A stretch of 64,000 bases of DNA from Azolla caroliniana. Taxonomy: Eukaryota > Plantae > Polypodiophyta. Numbering within the stretch: the stretch's first letter is position 1; each line of letters begins with the position of its first letter. The position numbers and the translations under genes are program-made. The notes below the pieces were generated by a model. It was not told the DNA's origin and made no database searches. It worked only from the letters and a program-made list of their open reading frames with translations. The stretch is taken from the NCBI GenBank assembly GCA_043228905.1, contig JBHGNT010000004.1:6324001-6388000 (forward strand). Direction: 5' to 3'. Positions 34,701 to 47,129 of the stretch are shown here, one piece after another.

Positions 34701-36973
34701 GTGGCCTATCCGTTTGTGCCATAAGTCGATGTCCGACTCGACTTTTTGTCCCTTCGCGAACATTGCGGTGCCACCGTCAGTAGAGTCGAGGATAAACATC
34801 CTCCCATGTCTACGCCCTTGCGTAATAATACGACCTTCTTCCTCAATGAAGCACCCAAGATGCGTAAACCGAACCTGCATCCCCTGGTCGACGATCTGCC
34901 CGACCGACACCAGATTCTTCGTGATGGTCGGGACATGTAACACGTTCATAAGTTTCCCTTTCTGCCTGACATGGCTCAAGGGAACTTCACCGACATTCGC
35001 GATCGGATGCGAAGTGTCGTCTCCAGTTGCGACTGCTCCTGGTTGCGTCGGTTTCTCAAGGTATGAGAACCACTCCTTGTGGCACATCATGTGGTTTGAC
35101 ACTCCGGAGTCGACATACCACACCTCGTCTGATTTCGGGGCGGACTGTTTCATTGAGTTTGCTTCGTGTCTCGTCACGAAGATTGACCCTTTTCTGGCTT
35201 TTCCAGATCCTTCGGTGTAGTGCGATCGCTGCCGATTTCCTTTGTCGATATGTCCGGAGCCAGACCTCTCCGACTCGGTGTGCTTTTTCCAGCACTCGCT
35301 CTCCCTGTGGCCTTTCTTGCCACAATACCAGCATTCTGTGGCGGATTTCCCTTTCTAGTTCTCGTCGCCTCGACTCCCCCTGTTTCCGGAGGGTCCGGAA
35401 TTGCTGTCGGCATCACTTCGGTGCGTTCTTCCTTGATCCCATCGGCCGCTTCCATTGCGTACCGACTCGCCTCATCCGCCACAACCACGGGGCCTTTCTC
35501 CCTCCGTCTACAACATCTTGTTGTCGGTGTGCGTGCTTGTCGACGCACCCGCGTGGTTCTCCTCTACCAGGAGCATCGACTGTAAGTCTAAAAAGGACGG
35601 CGTATTCTCCCGGGTACACACTGCAGTTCGGAACGCCCCGAACTTCGACGCCAAACCTCCGAGACAGACCTGGACCATCTCGCTTTCCTCGATGTTCACA
35701 TCGATGGAAGCTAAGGAGTCGCATATGTCCTTAATCCTCGAGGTATTGTTAGCCACCGACAAATCGCATTGTCGTAGGTTGCTCAACTCCTGTCGAAGCA
35801 GAAGCTTCCTGGCTGTGGTGCTCGCTGCGAAAATCTTCTTTAGATTTTCCCATGCACCCTTCGGCGTTTTTGCATCCCGAACGTAGCTTAGCAGTTGTTC
35901 ACCCACACAAGACGCGAAGCAGTATAGCACTCTGCTCGCCGATTGTTCCCACGCTAGGAAGTCTTTGTGTGTCGAATCGGGTGTTGTGTCATTTGCTCCA
36001 TCGACATAGCTCCAGTAACCATGTCCGAGCAGGTACTAGTGCATCTTGTAGGACCAAGATGCGTAGTTGGTTCTGTCGAGCTTCTCCGTTGGAAGCGAGC
36101 TAGCCATTCCTCTATCCATCGGTTTTCTTGTTCTTCTTTGTTGGTTTTTCCTTCAAGCAAAGTCAGCTCCAGAGGTTCTCAACCCTTGCGCTCTGATACC
36201 ATGAAAAGAATGGCGTGCAGAAGCAATATAGGAAAACCGAACAACAGGAAACGCAAGTTTAATGGAAAGCTTAGGTTTGCACAGTACGCACGGGAGAGAC
36301 AAAGAGAGTAACACAAGAATTTAAATTCGAGAATAATACTCAATCTGTACATAGGATGTGCTCAGTGAGCACGTTTATACAAGCCCTGACAATGGGCTGA
36401 CACAAGTACTGACAGTACTTGACTGCTCATAAATGAGCCTCAACACTTACTTCCAAAACTATTCCTTACGAGGAATATCTTTCTAACGGCCTTTCGGTCT
36501 ACACACCGATACGTCCTTTCTACGCACCAGTCTGCATACCGGTTTTTGTGCACCCAGTCTACGCACTGGTTACGCATCGTATTACGCACAAATGTTGAGC
36601 TTGTCTCTCAACACACCAGGTATCTCATCTACCCTACCCCCATCGGCATCGTCACTAAGTCGACCATCCACTTGAAGTGAATGGTTGGCGGGTAGGTCAG
36701 GTGCAACTCATCCTGGTGCTAGATTCCGGAATGCACTTGGCAGCTCTCGCATGTTATCACGATGTGGTGCACATCCTTGTACATTCGGCACCACTAGTAT
36801 TGTTATGTACACATAACGTAGGTGAGGGTAGGTCACCAATATTTACATAAGTGAAGGGTATGTTCACAAATGTTAAAAAGGGGACTAATGTGATTGGATA
36901 GACGGAATGATAAGCGCATGCACTATCATGATTTGGACAACCAATCAATGGAGAGCCTTTTAGAAAGGGACAT

Positions 36974-38930
36974 TGTAAAAGTAAATATGCAGAAGCTAAG
37001 ACAAAACCGGCTCAGCCAGATAGCAACAGAATATAAAGACACAGGTTTAATGGAAACCCTACTTGGGAGAGACAGAGGGAGCAGAACAATAAACTCAATT
37101 CTAAACAATAACACTCTGTACCTACAATGTGCTCAATGAGCACTTTTATACAAGTCCTTAGAAGAGCTGACAGAAGTACTCACAAGTACTTTGATGCTCA
37201 TATGAGCGACTGACACCGACTCCTAAAAATATGCCTACGTACTAGGCTAGATTCGTAGGTCTCTAACGGCCTACCGGTTACAATCTGATCCGACTCTCCG
37301 ATCCGACTCTCGGCGCTTGTCGACTTGTCGGTTCCTATGTGTCGGTGTCGACTTCCGCTACCTCCTTGTCCGTTTGGCCTTACGTTTATCCGGCTCCGGT
37401 TCTCCCCCTCAAGTGCGGCATGTCAATATGTTGAAGACCAAGCATCTCTAAAAAATCCTACAACTTGTCCAGGCCGAGAGGTTTGGTGAAGATGTTGGCA
37501 ACCTGTTGATCCGTCCGGACATACCGGAGTTCTACTTCACCACTGAGGATCCGCTCGCGTAGAAAGTGATAATGCATTTCTATATGCTTCGTCCGAGCAT
37601 GGAACACAGGGTTCTTGGCTAGCTACATGCTACTCATGTTGTCCCATTAGATCGGGATCAAAGTCGGTAATTCGATCCGGAGGTCTTGTAGTAGCCGCCG
37701 AAGCCAGATGGCTTCCCATGTGGCAACGATGATACTCAGCCTCAGTGCTCAAAAGAGCCACAGTCGGATGCTTTTTTTTGCTCCAACAATCAGGCTACCT
37801 AGAGAGAACATGAATTCGGAAGTGGACCGTCGATTCGACGCATCTCCGGCCCAATCGACATCTGTATACCCGACTAATTTCTCAGTTATACCACATCGGT
37901 ATAACATTCCCTAGTCCTTAGTTTCGCTGACATACCTCAATATTCGACGCACACACTAAAGGTGCTCCATAGTCGGCTTCTACATGAATTGGTTGATCGC
38001 TCTAACCGGACAGCTAATGTCGGGTCGAGTGATCGTTAAATAGATAAGGCTTCCGACAATTTTTCGAAACCGTTTCTCATCACAGGCCGGTTCGGAGTCG
38101 GGACAAAGCTTTAAGTTCCGGTCTAGGGGTGTGGAGAATGATCGACAATCGTTCATGCCGAACTTGTACAACATATTCAGCACATAGTGTCACTGAGAGA
38201 GCAATATGTCGTCGCGGGTGTGGATCACTTTGATCCCGAGGAAGTAATGAAGGTTCCCCCAGGTCATTCATTTCGAATGCGCCCGACAGCTAGGACTTCA
38301 CTCGATTGATTTCAGTGAGGCCGGGTTCAGTGATGGCTAGTTTATCCACATATAACAAGATACATACCGGACCTTCTAGACCTTTCCGGATGAATAACAA
38401 GAGTCCGACTTGGAGGCCACAAACCCCATCTTATGTAATTGGTGCGTGATCTTTGAATTCCAAGCTCGGGGGGCCTTCTTCAAGCCGTAAAACGACTTCT
38501 TGAGTCAGTAGACTACCGACTTGTTCATCTATGACTGAAATCCCAGTGTTTCGATCATGTAGACATGTTCTTCAAGGTCACCTTGAAGAAATGTATTCTT
38601 CACATCCATTTGGTGAAGATGCCACCCCCTTGCGACAGCAACCGCTAGCACCACACGAACCGTCGTCATCTTCGCTACCGGGGCGAAGTTCTCGTCGTAG
38701 TCGATTCCGTGGGTTTGCACGTATTCTTTTGCAACTAACCGGGCCTTGTACCGGTTGATCGAACTGTCAACATTATAGTTCATCTTGTACACCCACTTGC
38801 AACCGATCGGTTTGCAATGTTGGGGAGGGTTAACCAGGTCCCATGTGTCATTGACATCAAGTGCCCGCATTTCTTTCTCCATAGCGGCACGTCATTATGC
38901 GTCTTTTGTTGCTTCTGTGTAGCTCTCCCC
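36974..38930 (-). mobile_element. Element K: degraded J-type Copia 3' half (partial LTR, RNase H, RT)
   Basis: RT ORF 38529-38882; LTR starting TGTAAAAG, similar to the reverse complement of the N LTR. Confidence 0.8.
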
Positions 38931-40734
38931 CTGGACTAAACAGGTATGAGGAAGTCGAGATGTCGAGTTTGATGAGTCAACATCATGGTACTGTACTCCC
39001 TACCGACTCCAACTCCCAACGAAGACCCGATTCCAGCGGATGAGGCTGATGAACCTGGAGAGGTTCTAGAAGAAGATGAAGGATTCGGTACTCTTCATGA
39101 GAGTCTGATCTCATTCCGGCTAAGTGGACCTAATGACTGGCTGAGTCGGGATGACCAGTCGGATGAAGAACCGGCGAGTAGTGGAGACTCTACCGTGCTC
39201 TCCCCCCGCAAGGAACCGAGGACACGGCTCACGCGCAAAGAGAAGGGGAAGAAGAAGATGTTGGAATATGATACCGGTAGTGAAGGGTCGGATTGGAACG
39301 AATCTGACCCCGGAAAGGAAGATCCTATTTACTCGATTCCGGTTTCGGCCTCGGCGGAGTCCCTCATCAACTCGGTTCCTCGACTGTCGACTTTCCTGAC
39401 GGTCGGATCTTCCTCCCACTAGAGGGACATATTCCCAACAATCTCCCCCTTCACTCCTGTGGGTGGAAATCTGTCAGTCCTGTATTCTATCGACAGACTC
39501 TAAGTCTGTCCATAGGTAGGTTCTTCGTCAGCATGTCGGATCCATTGTCGTCAATATGGATCTTCACAAGAGTAAACTCTCCATCTTCAACTCTCTCCCG
39601 CAACCAGTGATACCTTCTCCATATGCGCTTGGTCCGGGAGGTATGCCGCGTTCTTGGCTAGGTGTATGGCGCTTTGGCCGTCATAGTGAAGCAAGAACTC
39701 CTTTTGCTTCATGCCTAGTTTGGTGAGAAAATTTCTCATCCAAATCAACTCTTTTCTGGCTTCTACAGCTGCCATATACTCTGCCTCTATAGTCGACAAG
39801 GCTACAGACTTCTGCAGTCGTGACTGCCACGACACTGCTCCCCCTGCATAGGTCATCACGTACCCTTACGTGGATTGGCTCGAGTCGACATCTCCTGACA
39901 TGTCCGAATCGGTAAAACCTTCCAGCGCAAGTTTTCTGACACCATACCTTAGGTACACCTCCGAGGTGCCTTTCAGGTACCTGAGTATCCATTTCATTGT
40001 TGCCCAGTGTTCTCTCCTTGGATTACTCATATATCGGCTTACTACTCCTACAACAAAAGCTATGTCCGGTCTCGTACAGACCATAGCGTACATTAGACTG
40101 CCGACTGTTGAGGCATATGGTACCTTCCTCATCTCAGCCTTCTCTTTCTGTCCCTTCGGACATTGCTTCGCATTTAGTCTACAATTTGTCGGCAACACGG
40201 AGCCGACCGGCTTTGCGTCTGACATGTTGAATCTCTCTAGGATTTTCATCACATACTTCTGTTGTGACAACCATAGCACCTTCCGAGCTCTGTCTCGGGT
40301 TATGTGCATTCCTAGGATTTGCTTTGCCAGTCCAAGGCCTTTCATGGCGAATGATTTGCCGAGAGCTTTCTTCAAGCTTCCAATCTTGCTTGCGTCTTGA
40401 CCGACTACCAACATATCATCAACATATAACAAGAGAATCAAGAAATCTCCTTCCTCGTACCTTTTGACGAGCACACAGTGATCGGCCTATGTTTTCTGGA
40501 ACCGATGTTCCATCATGAAAGACTTGAATTTCTTGTACCATTGGCGTGGAGCTTGTTTCAGACTGTACAAGCTTTTCCTCAGTTGACACACCTCAAAGCC
40601 TTCAGGTTGATGCTTGTAGATCTCCTCATCTAACTCCCCATGCAAAAATGCGGTTTTGACATCCAACTGTTCGATCTCCAGATCCATGCTAGCCGCTATG
40701 CTCAGAACAGTTCGAATGGATGTCATCTTCATGA

Positions 40735-43700
40735 TGTTGGGATTTCGGTCCCTCCGGATGGGATGTCCGGAGATCCGGATGACGGCAAGCCCGGTTCCGG
40801 TTACGGAGCCGGATGATGAAGACCCTGGCTACGGAGCCGGATGCTGAAGACCCCGGTAACGGAGCCGGATGACGAATGTACCCGGAGAGAGATCCGGATG
40901 CGGGGACATATTTGTGAATATGTTTTGCCAAGAGCCCTTTGAGGTTATATTTGTAAATAGCCCGAAAGTCATATGTGTATAAATATGACTTAGGGCAAAC
41001 AGTTTAAATGTTGTTGCTTATTTTTCATGCGAAGAGAGAGCAGCCGAGAGAGAGAAAGAGAGAGAGACGAAGAGGTCGTTGCCTCTGTGTATTACCGCCG
41101 CCTGTGGCGAAGACAGTGAGCTCAAGGTTGTTGCCTTGTAGCTTCACCATTGTACACCTCTGTTTATAGTGATAGTTGGAGTTTGAGGACTCCCGTGGTT
41201 TTTCCCATTTAGGGTTTTCCACGTAAAACATCCTGTGTACCTTTCTCTCAGTTGTCTTCGTGCATATTGTATTTCCCGTTTTCTGTGAGTTGATCGATCC
41301 AGTTCCTCGGTTGTGGCCGAGCACTGTTTTTCAACAAATTGGTATCAGAGCGACGGTAACACAGAAAATGGAAGGCGGCAGCAGCGGGCAGCCGGGGATG
41401 ATGGTGCTGAACGCGCAGAACTACGCCGACTGGAAGATAAAGATGGAGGATCTGCTCATTGTTCGGGACCTGTATGAACCGATCGACAGGTCGGAAATAC
41501 CCAAGGGGGTACTTGAGACGGAGTGGAGGCTTCTGAACCGGAAAGCCGTTGCAACCATTCGGCAATACGTCGACGTGAGCGTTCTACAACACGTGGCGAA
41601 CAACACCAACGCATATGAGATGTGGAGGAAGCTGTCGGGCCTCTACGAGAGGAAGAATGCGTTGAACCGGACCTCCCTGATGAGAAAGATAGTGAACCTC
41701 AAGTACCGGGACGGCGAGAGTATGGTGGAACACGTAAGCACGTTCATGGGATTCGTGAACCAGCTTGCGGCGATCAAGTTCCCGTTGGAGGATGCAATGC
41801 AAGCCATCATTCTGATGTGTACATTGCCGGAAAGCTGGGAGAACTTGGTGGTGACTCTCAGCACCTCCTGCACCGAAGATAACTTGTCTCTACAAACGGT
41901 AAAGACAAGCATTTTGAACGAAGAAGCGCGTCGGAGAGATAAAGAACCGGCCTCCGACTCGAAGGCGCTGCTTACCGAATCGGAATGGGGAAGACATCGG
42001 AACCGGAGTCCGCAAAGACGGGAGAAGTCGGGGACCCGGTCGCAGTCAAGAGGAAGGCCCACATGCTTCCACTGTGGGAAGACGGGGCACTTCCGGAAGA
42101 ATTGTCGGCATTACCGAAAGGACAACGGAGCCGACGACACCGATTCGAAGAAGTCACCGGAGAGAAACGGTGCATACCGGGGAGCCACGGACCGGAGAGG
42201 TCCGGATCGGCGAGGGCAGGACCGGAAAGGAACGATGGCACTCGCGGCAAGTGAAGAAGAGATAATGCTCATTACCGAAGAGAGGGAGCTGAACCTTGCC
42301 GGTGAAGAGATGACCTGGGTGGTCGATTCCGGAGCGTCGTTCCACCTGACCCCGGAGAAGAAATACTTCTCATCCTACACAGCCGGTGAGCACGGCTGTG
42401 TCCGGATGGGAAATGAAGGTACATGCCGGATTGCCGGCATAGGAGACGTGTGGCTGATGACATCAACCGGATGCAAGATGCTGCTGAAGGATGTTCGACA
42501 CGTTCCGGAGGTCCGATTGAACCTGATCTCGGCCGGGAGGCTAGACGATGAAGGCTACACGGGCAGCATCCGGAACGGTGTCATGAAGTTCAGCAAAGGG
42601 AGCCTGATAGTGGCTCGGGCCCGGAAGGTCAACACTCTATACCTGATGAATGCCCGGTTATGTCCGGAAGAGCTGAATGTGGCAGCCGACACTGCCGGTG
42701 AGCTGTGGCACAAAAGACTGTGCCACATGAGTGAGAAGGGGATGAAGAGACTTGCAGAAGACAACCTTATTCCAGTGAAGCATGTGCACCTGGAGAAGTG
42801 CACCGACTGCCTGGCCGGTAAGCAAAACCGGACCTCCTTCCACTCAAGGCCACCGACGAGACGTAGCGCACCATTGGAGCTGGTGCACACTGATGTGTGT
42901 CAGGTAGAAACGAAGTCACATGGCGGAGCCCAGTACTTCGTGACATTCATTGATGATCACAGCCGGAAGCTGTGGACGGCACCGTTGAAGACAAAGGACC
43001 AAGTGTTGTCCGTCTTCAAAGATCTCCACGCGAGAGTGGAAAGGGAATCCGGCAAGAAGCTGAAAGCGATACGAGCGGATAACGGAGGGGAATACCGGGG
43101 GCAGTTCCAGGAGTACTCTCGCTCGAAGGGAATCCGGCTCGAGTTTACAGTGCCGAAGACGCCGGAACTGAACGGGCTGGCCGAGAGGATGAACCGGACC
43201 ATAATGGAGAGGGTCCGGAGTATGCTGGCGCATGCGAAATTACCCAAGGGATTTTGGGCTGAGGCAATGTCAACGGCGACGTATGTGATAAATAGATCAC
43301 CCTCAGTACCTTTGGACGGAGACACGCCGCAGAAAGTGTGGACCGGTAAGGAAGTGTCCTACCGGCATCTGAAGGTGTTCGGGTGTCTCGCATACGTGCA
43401 TGTGGCAAAGGACCGGAGAGGAAAGTTAGATCCAAAGACCCGGCCATGCATATTCCTCGGTTACGGCGACGACGAGTTCGGCTACCGAGTATGGGACCCG
43501 GTCGACAAGAAGATATTCAGGAGTCGAGATATCATCTTCATGGAGGACAAGACACTAGCCGACTGGGAGTCGGAGAAGAAGATGAAGAGCTCCAAGTCGA
43601 CCGGTGAGGATAAACTCTACGAGGAGCAGTCCCGACCGGCAAGGGACCGGTTAGCACTCGAGGATCCGGCCGAAGACGGTGAAGAAACAGAACCGGCCGA

Positions 43701-46053
43701 GGAAGATGAAACTGATACCGGAACCGGCCCCGATCCCGAAATGGATTCGGATGAAGAGGAAACGGAGGAGCCGGTTACCGAAGCTCCGGAACGGAGATAT
43801 CCTCTAAGAGAGAGAAGGGCCCCCCGGAGATTTCCGGAACCTGAGCACGTGCTGCTGACCGACGAGGGGGAGCCGGAGAGTTTTGAAGAAGCAAAGCTTG
43901 ACACCCATAGCCGCAGGTGGTTAAGTGCCATGCAGGAGGAGATGGATTCCCTGCATGAGAACCACACATATGAACTTGTGGAGTTGCCGAAAGGAAAGCG
44001 GGCACTTCGAAACAAGTGGGTGTTCAAGCTGAAACCGGGAGATGCCGGAAAACCCCCGAGATACAAAGCCAGGATCGTGGTGAAGGGGTTCCAGCAGAAG
44101 AAGGGCGTCGACTTCGACGAGATATTTGCCCCGGTAGTGAAGATGACCTCCATCCGGACGGTGCTGAGCATAGCGGCAAGCATGGACCTCGAGGTAGAAC
44201 AGATGGACGTGAAGACGGCATTCCTTCACGGTGACCTCGAAGAAGAGATCTACATGCAGCAACCGGAAGGATTCGAGAAGAAAGGGAAGGAGCACCTGGT
44301 ATGCCGGTTGAAGAAGAGCCTTTACGGACTGAAGCAGGCTCCCCGGCAATGGTACCGGAAGTTCGACTCCTTCATGACCGACGAAGGGTATCTCAAAACG
44401 CAGTCCGACCACTGTGTGTTTGTGAAGAAGTTTGAAGGAGGAGACTTTCTAATACTCCTCCTGTACGTGGACGACATGTTGATCGTCGGACGGGACCAGG
44501 TCAAGATACGGATGCTGAAGAAGGCTCTTCACCGAACCTTCTCAATGAAGGACCTGGGTCCGGCGAGGCAAATACTAGGGATGCACATCATCCGGGACCG
44601 GAAGAAGAAGCAGTTGTGGCTGTCACAGGAGAAGTACGTGACGAAGGTGCTTCACCGGTTCAACATGTCGGAAGCAAGACCGGTCGGATCGACCCTCCCG
44701 GCAAACTGCAAGCTGTCCAGCAAGCAAAGTCCCAAGACAAAGGCTGAAAAGGAGGATATGATGAAAGTGCCGTATACCTCAGCCGTCGGGAGCTTGATGT
44801 ACGCCATGGTGTGTACGAGACCGGACATAGGATATGCAGTCGGAGTGGTGAGCCGGTACATGAGCAATCCCGGCAAGGAGCACTGGAACGCGGTCAAATG
44901 GATACTCCGATACTTAAAGGGCACTTCGAACATGTGCCTCCGATTCGGCTCCGGTAAGCCCGAACTCGATGGATTTACCGATTCGGACATGTCGGCTGAT
45001 GCGGATACCAGCCGGTCTACATCAGGGTATGTAATGACCTATGCAGGGGGAGCCGTTTCGTGGCAGTCGAGGCTGCAGAAGACGGTTGCGTTGTCAACCA
45101 CGGAGGCGGAGTACATGGCAGCTGTTGAAGCCGGCAAGGAAATAATATGGATGAAGGACTTCATTAGAGAGCTCGGGATCCGGCAGGAGGAGTACCGACT
45201 CTACTGCGATAGTCAGAGTGCCATCCACCTTGCAAAGAACGCGGCCTACCATTCCCGGACGAAACACATCCAGCGTAGATACCACTGGATCCGGGAAAGG
45301 ATAGAAGACAAGGAGTTCGTGCTGACGAAGATCCACACGGACGAGAACGGGTCGGATATGCTGACCAAGGTGCTCACACCCGACAAACTGGAAGCATGCC
45401 GGAAGAGGATCGGGTTGGAGAGACATCCCATGCCGAAGTGAAGGGGGAGCTTGTTGGGATTTCGGTCCCTCCGGATGGGATGTCCGGAGATCCGGATGAC
45501 GGCAAGCCCGGTTCCGGTTACGGAGCCGGATGATGAAGACCCTGGCTACGGAGCCGGATGCTGAAGACCCCGGTAACGGAGCCGGATGACGAATGTACCC
45601 GGAGAGAGATCCGGATGCGGGGACATATTTGTGAATATGTTTTGCCAAGAGCCCTTTGAGGTTATATTTGTAAATAGCCCGAAAGTCATATGTGTATAAA
45701 TATGACTTAGGGCAAACAGTTTAAATGTTGTTGCTTATTTTTCATGCGAAGAGAGAGCAGCCGAGAGAGAGAAAGAGAGAGAGACGAAGAGGTCGTTGCC
45801 TCTGTGTATTACCGCCGCCTGTGGCGAAGACAGTGAGCTCAAGGTTGTTGCCTTGTAGCTTCACCATTGTACACCTCTGTTTATAGTGATAGTTGGAGTT
45901 TGAGGACTCCCGTGGTTTTTCCCATTTAGGGTTTTCCACGTAAAACATCCTGTGTACCTTTCTCTCAGTTGTCTTCGTGCATATTGTATTTCCCGTTTTC
46001 TGTGAGTTGATCGATCCAGTTCCTCGGTTGTGGCCGAGCACTGTTTTTCAACA
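40735..46053 (+). mobile_element. Element E: intact, very young Tnt1-like Copia
   Basis: 602-bp LTRs 40735-41336 and 45452-46053 with no difference seen; TSD CATGA; PBS 41340-41351; PPT. Confidence 0.98.
41368..45441 (+). CDS. Copia Gag-Pol polyprotein (1357 aa): Gag, CCHC, protease, integrase, RT, RNase H
   Basis: Single ORF with CFHCGKTGHFRKNC, VDSGAS, HTDVC/DNGGE, YVDDML, TDSD..TEAEY..CDSQSA. Confidence 0.97.
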   Translation: MEGGSSGQPGMMVLNAQNYADWKIKMEDLLIVRDLYEPIDRSEIPKGVLETEWRLLNRKAVATIRQYVDVSVLQHVANNTNAYEMWRKLSGLYERKNALNRTSLMRKIVNLKYRDGESMVEHVSTFMGFVNQLAAIKFPLEDAMQAIILMCTLPESWENLVVTLSTSCTEDNLSLQTVKTSILNEEARRRDKEPASDSKALLTESEWGRHRNRSPQRREKSGTRSQSRGRPTCFHCGKTGHFRKNCRHYRKDNGADDTDSKKSPERNGAYRGATDRRGPDRRGQDRKGTMALAASEEEIMLITEERELNLAGEEMTWVVDSGASFHLTPEKKYFSSYTAGEHGCVRMGNEGTCRIAGIGDVWLMTSTGCKMLLKDVRHVPEVRLNLISAGRLDDEGYTGSIRNGVMKFSKGSLIVARARKVNTLYLMNARLCPEELNVAADTAGELWHKRLCHMSEKGMKRLAEDNLIPVKHVHLEKCTDCLAGKQNRTSFHSRPPTRRSAPLELVHTDVCQVETKSHGGAQYFVTFIDDHSRKLWTAPLKTKDQVLSVFKDLHARVERESGKKLKAIRADNGGEYRGQFQEYSRSKGIRLEFTVPKTPELNGLAERMNRTIMERVRSMLAHAKLPKGFWAEAMSTATYVINRSPSVPLDGDTPQKVWTGKEVSYRHLKVFGCLAYVHVAKDRRGKLDPKTRPCIFLGYGDDEFGYRVWDPVDKKIFRSRDIIFMEDKTLADWESEKKMKSSKSTGEDKLYEEQSRPARDRLALEDPAEDGEETEPAEEDETDTGTGPDPEMDSDEEETEEPVTEAPERRYPLRERRAPRRFPEPEHVLLTDEGEPESFEEAKLDTHSRRWLSAMQEEMDSLHENHTYELVELPKGKRALRNKWVFKLKPGDAGKPPRYKARIVVKGFQQKKGVDFDEIFAPVVKMTSIRTVLSIAASMDLEVEQMDVKTAFLHGDLEEEIYMQQPEGFEKKGKEHLVCRLKKSLYGLKQAPRQWYRKFDSFMTDEGYLKTQSDHCVFVKKFEGGDFLILLLYVDDMLIVGRDQVKIRMLKKALHRTFSMKDLGPARQILGMHIIRDRKKKQLWLSQEKYVTKVLHRFNMSEARPVGSTLPANCKLSSKQSPKTKAEKEDMMKVPYTSAVGSLMYAMVCTRPDIGYAVGVVSRYMSNPGKEHWNAVKWILRYLKGTSNMCLRFGSGKPELDGFTDSDMSADADTSRSTSGYVMTYAGGAVSWQSRLQKTVALSTTEAEYMAAVEAGKEIIWMKDFIRELGIRQEEYRLYCDSQSAIHLAKNAAYHSRTKHIQRRYHWIRERIEDKEFVLTKIHTDENGSDMLTKVLTPDKLEACRKRIGLERHPMPK

Positions 46054-47129
46054 CATGACTAGTGCGAATATTTCATCAAAATCGACGCCCTTCTTCTGTT
46101 TGAAACCCTTCACCACTATGTGGGCTTTATACCTGGGCTCGCTATCAACTTCTCCAGTCTTGACCTTGTAGACCCATTTATTCCTGAGTGCTCTCTTACC
46201 TTTCGGCAGCTCTACTAGGTCGTAGGTGTAATTTGCGTGCAAGGATTCCATCTCCTCCTGCATCGCGTTCAGCCATTTTTCTCTGCTCTTGTCAGCAATG
46301 GCTTCTTCATAGCACTCCGGTTCACTGTCATTAGTCAAGAGGACGTATTGACTGGCATATGTAGTCGGTGCCTTCCTTTCTCTAAGTTGGTACCTTCGTC
46401 CACTCATTGTTGGCTCTTTTCCGGATGTCTCTGCCAACTCTTCTCTTTGCTCGGGATTCTGCTCATCAATCGGCATCTCCAGGTTGGACAACTCCAACTC
46501 ATATTCCTCAATTGATTTTAGTAGCTCTGCCGACTCCGACTCATAGTCTATCGGTCTTTCCGAGTCGACCGACTCGGATTCGGCTCTGTCGGCCAGCTAT
46601 CTCCTTACAACTGTCGGTGACGACTCGCTTGGCCTTAAGTCGATGGTAGTCGAGGTTGACTGGGGAGTTGGTTCCGAACTCTGTTGCTTCCAATCTTCAA
46701 TTTTCTTGTCTTCTAGAAAGACTACATCCCGACTTCTCACTACCTTCTTGTCGACTAGGTCCCATAGCATGTAGCCGAACTCATCTTTTGAGTATCCCAT
46801 GAATATGTATGCTTTCGACTTGCTGTCGAGCTTTGACCTCTGATTCCTTGGTACATGCATATATGCCAAACATCCAAACACCCTCAGGTGTTGGTAGGAG
46901 ACATCCTTCCTTGTCCACACCCTCTGTGGGACATCACCCTTTAGCGGTACTGAGGGAGACTTGTTGATCAGATAAACAGTTGTGTACATCGCCTCAGCCC
47001 AATAGGATTTCGGCAGTTTCGTATGAGAGAGCATGCTCCTTACTCTCTCCATGATCGTTTGATTCATCCTCTCTACAAGCCCATTCAATTCTGGGGTCTT
47101 TGGAACTGTGTATTCGATCCGAATACCTT

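Larger units (their letters stand above)
27246..36613 (-). mobile_element. Element J: degenerate full-length Copia (second family), interrupted by H
   Basis: LTRs 27246-27656 and 36202-36613; TSD CACCA; iMet PBS flush with LTR; gag, VDSG, INT, YVDDL, RNase H fragments. Confidence 0.95.
25673..36800 (-). mobile_element. Element I: Gypsy (B family) 3' LTR and integrase remnant, interrupted by J
   Basis: LTR edge TCACGACA at 26268 with PPT; integrase 26300-27245 resumes at 36614; left LTR edge approximate. Confidence 0.8.

Noticed and set aside
36801-36973. Short AT-rich segment between I and K
   Set aside because: No motif could be assigned; left unannotated
41260-41367. N-terminal extension of the E polyprotein
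   Set aside because: Starts at GTG inside the LTR and crosses the PBS; the ATG shared with C and D is at 41368
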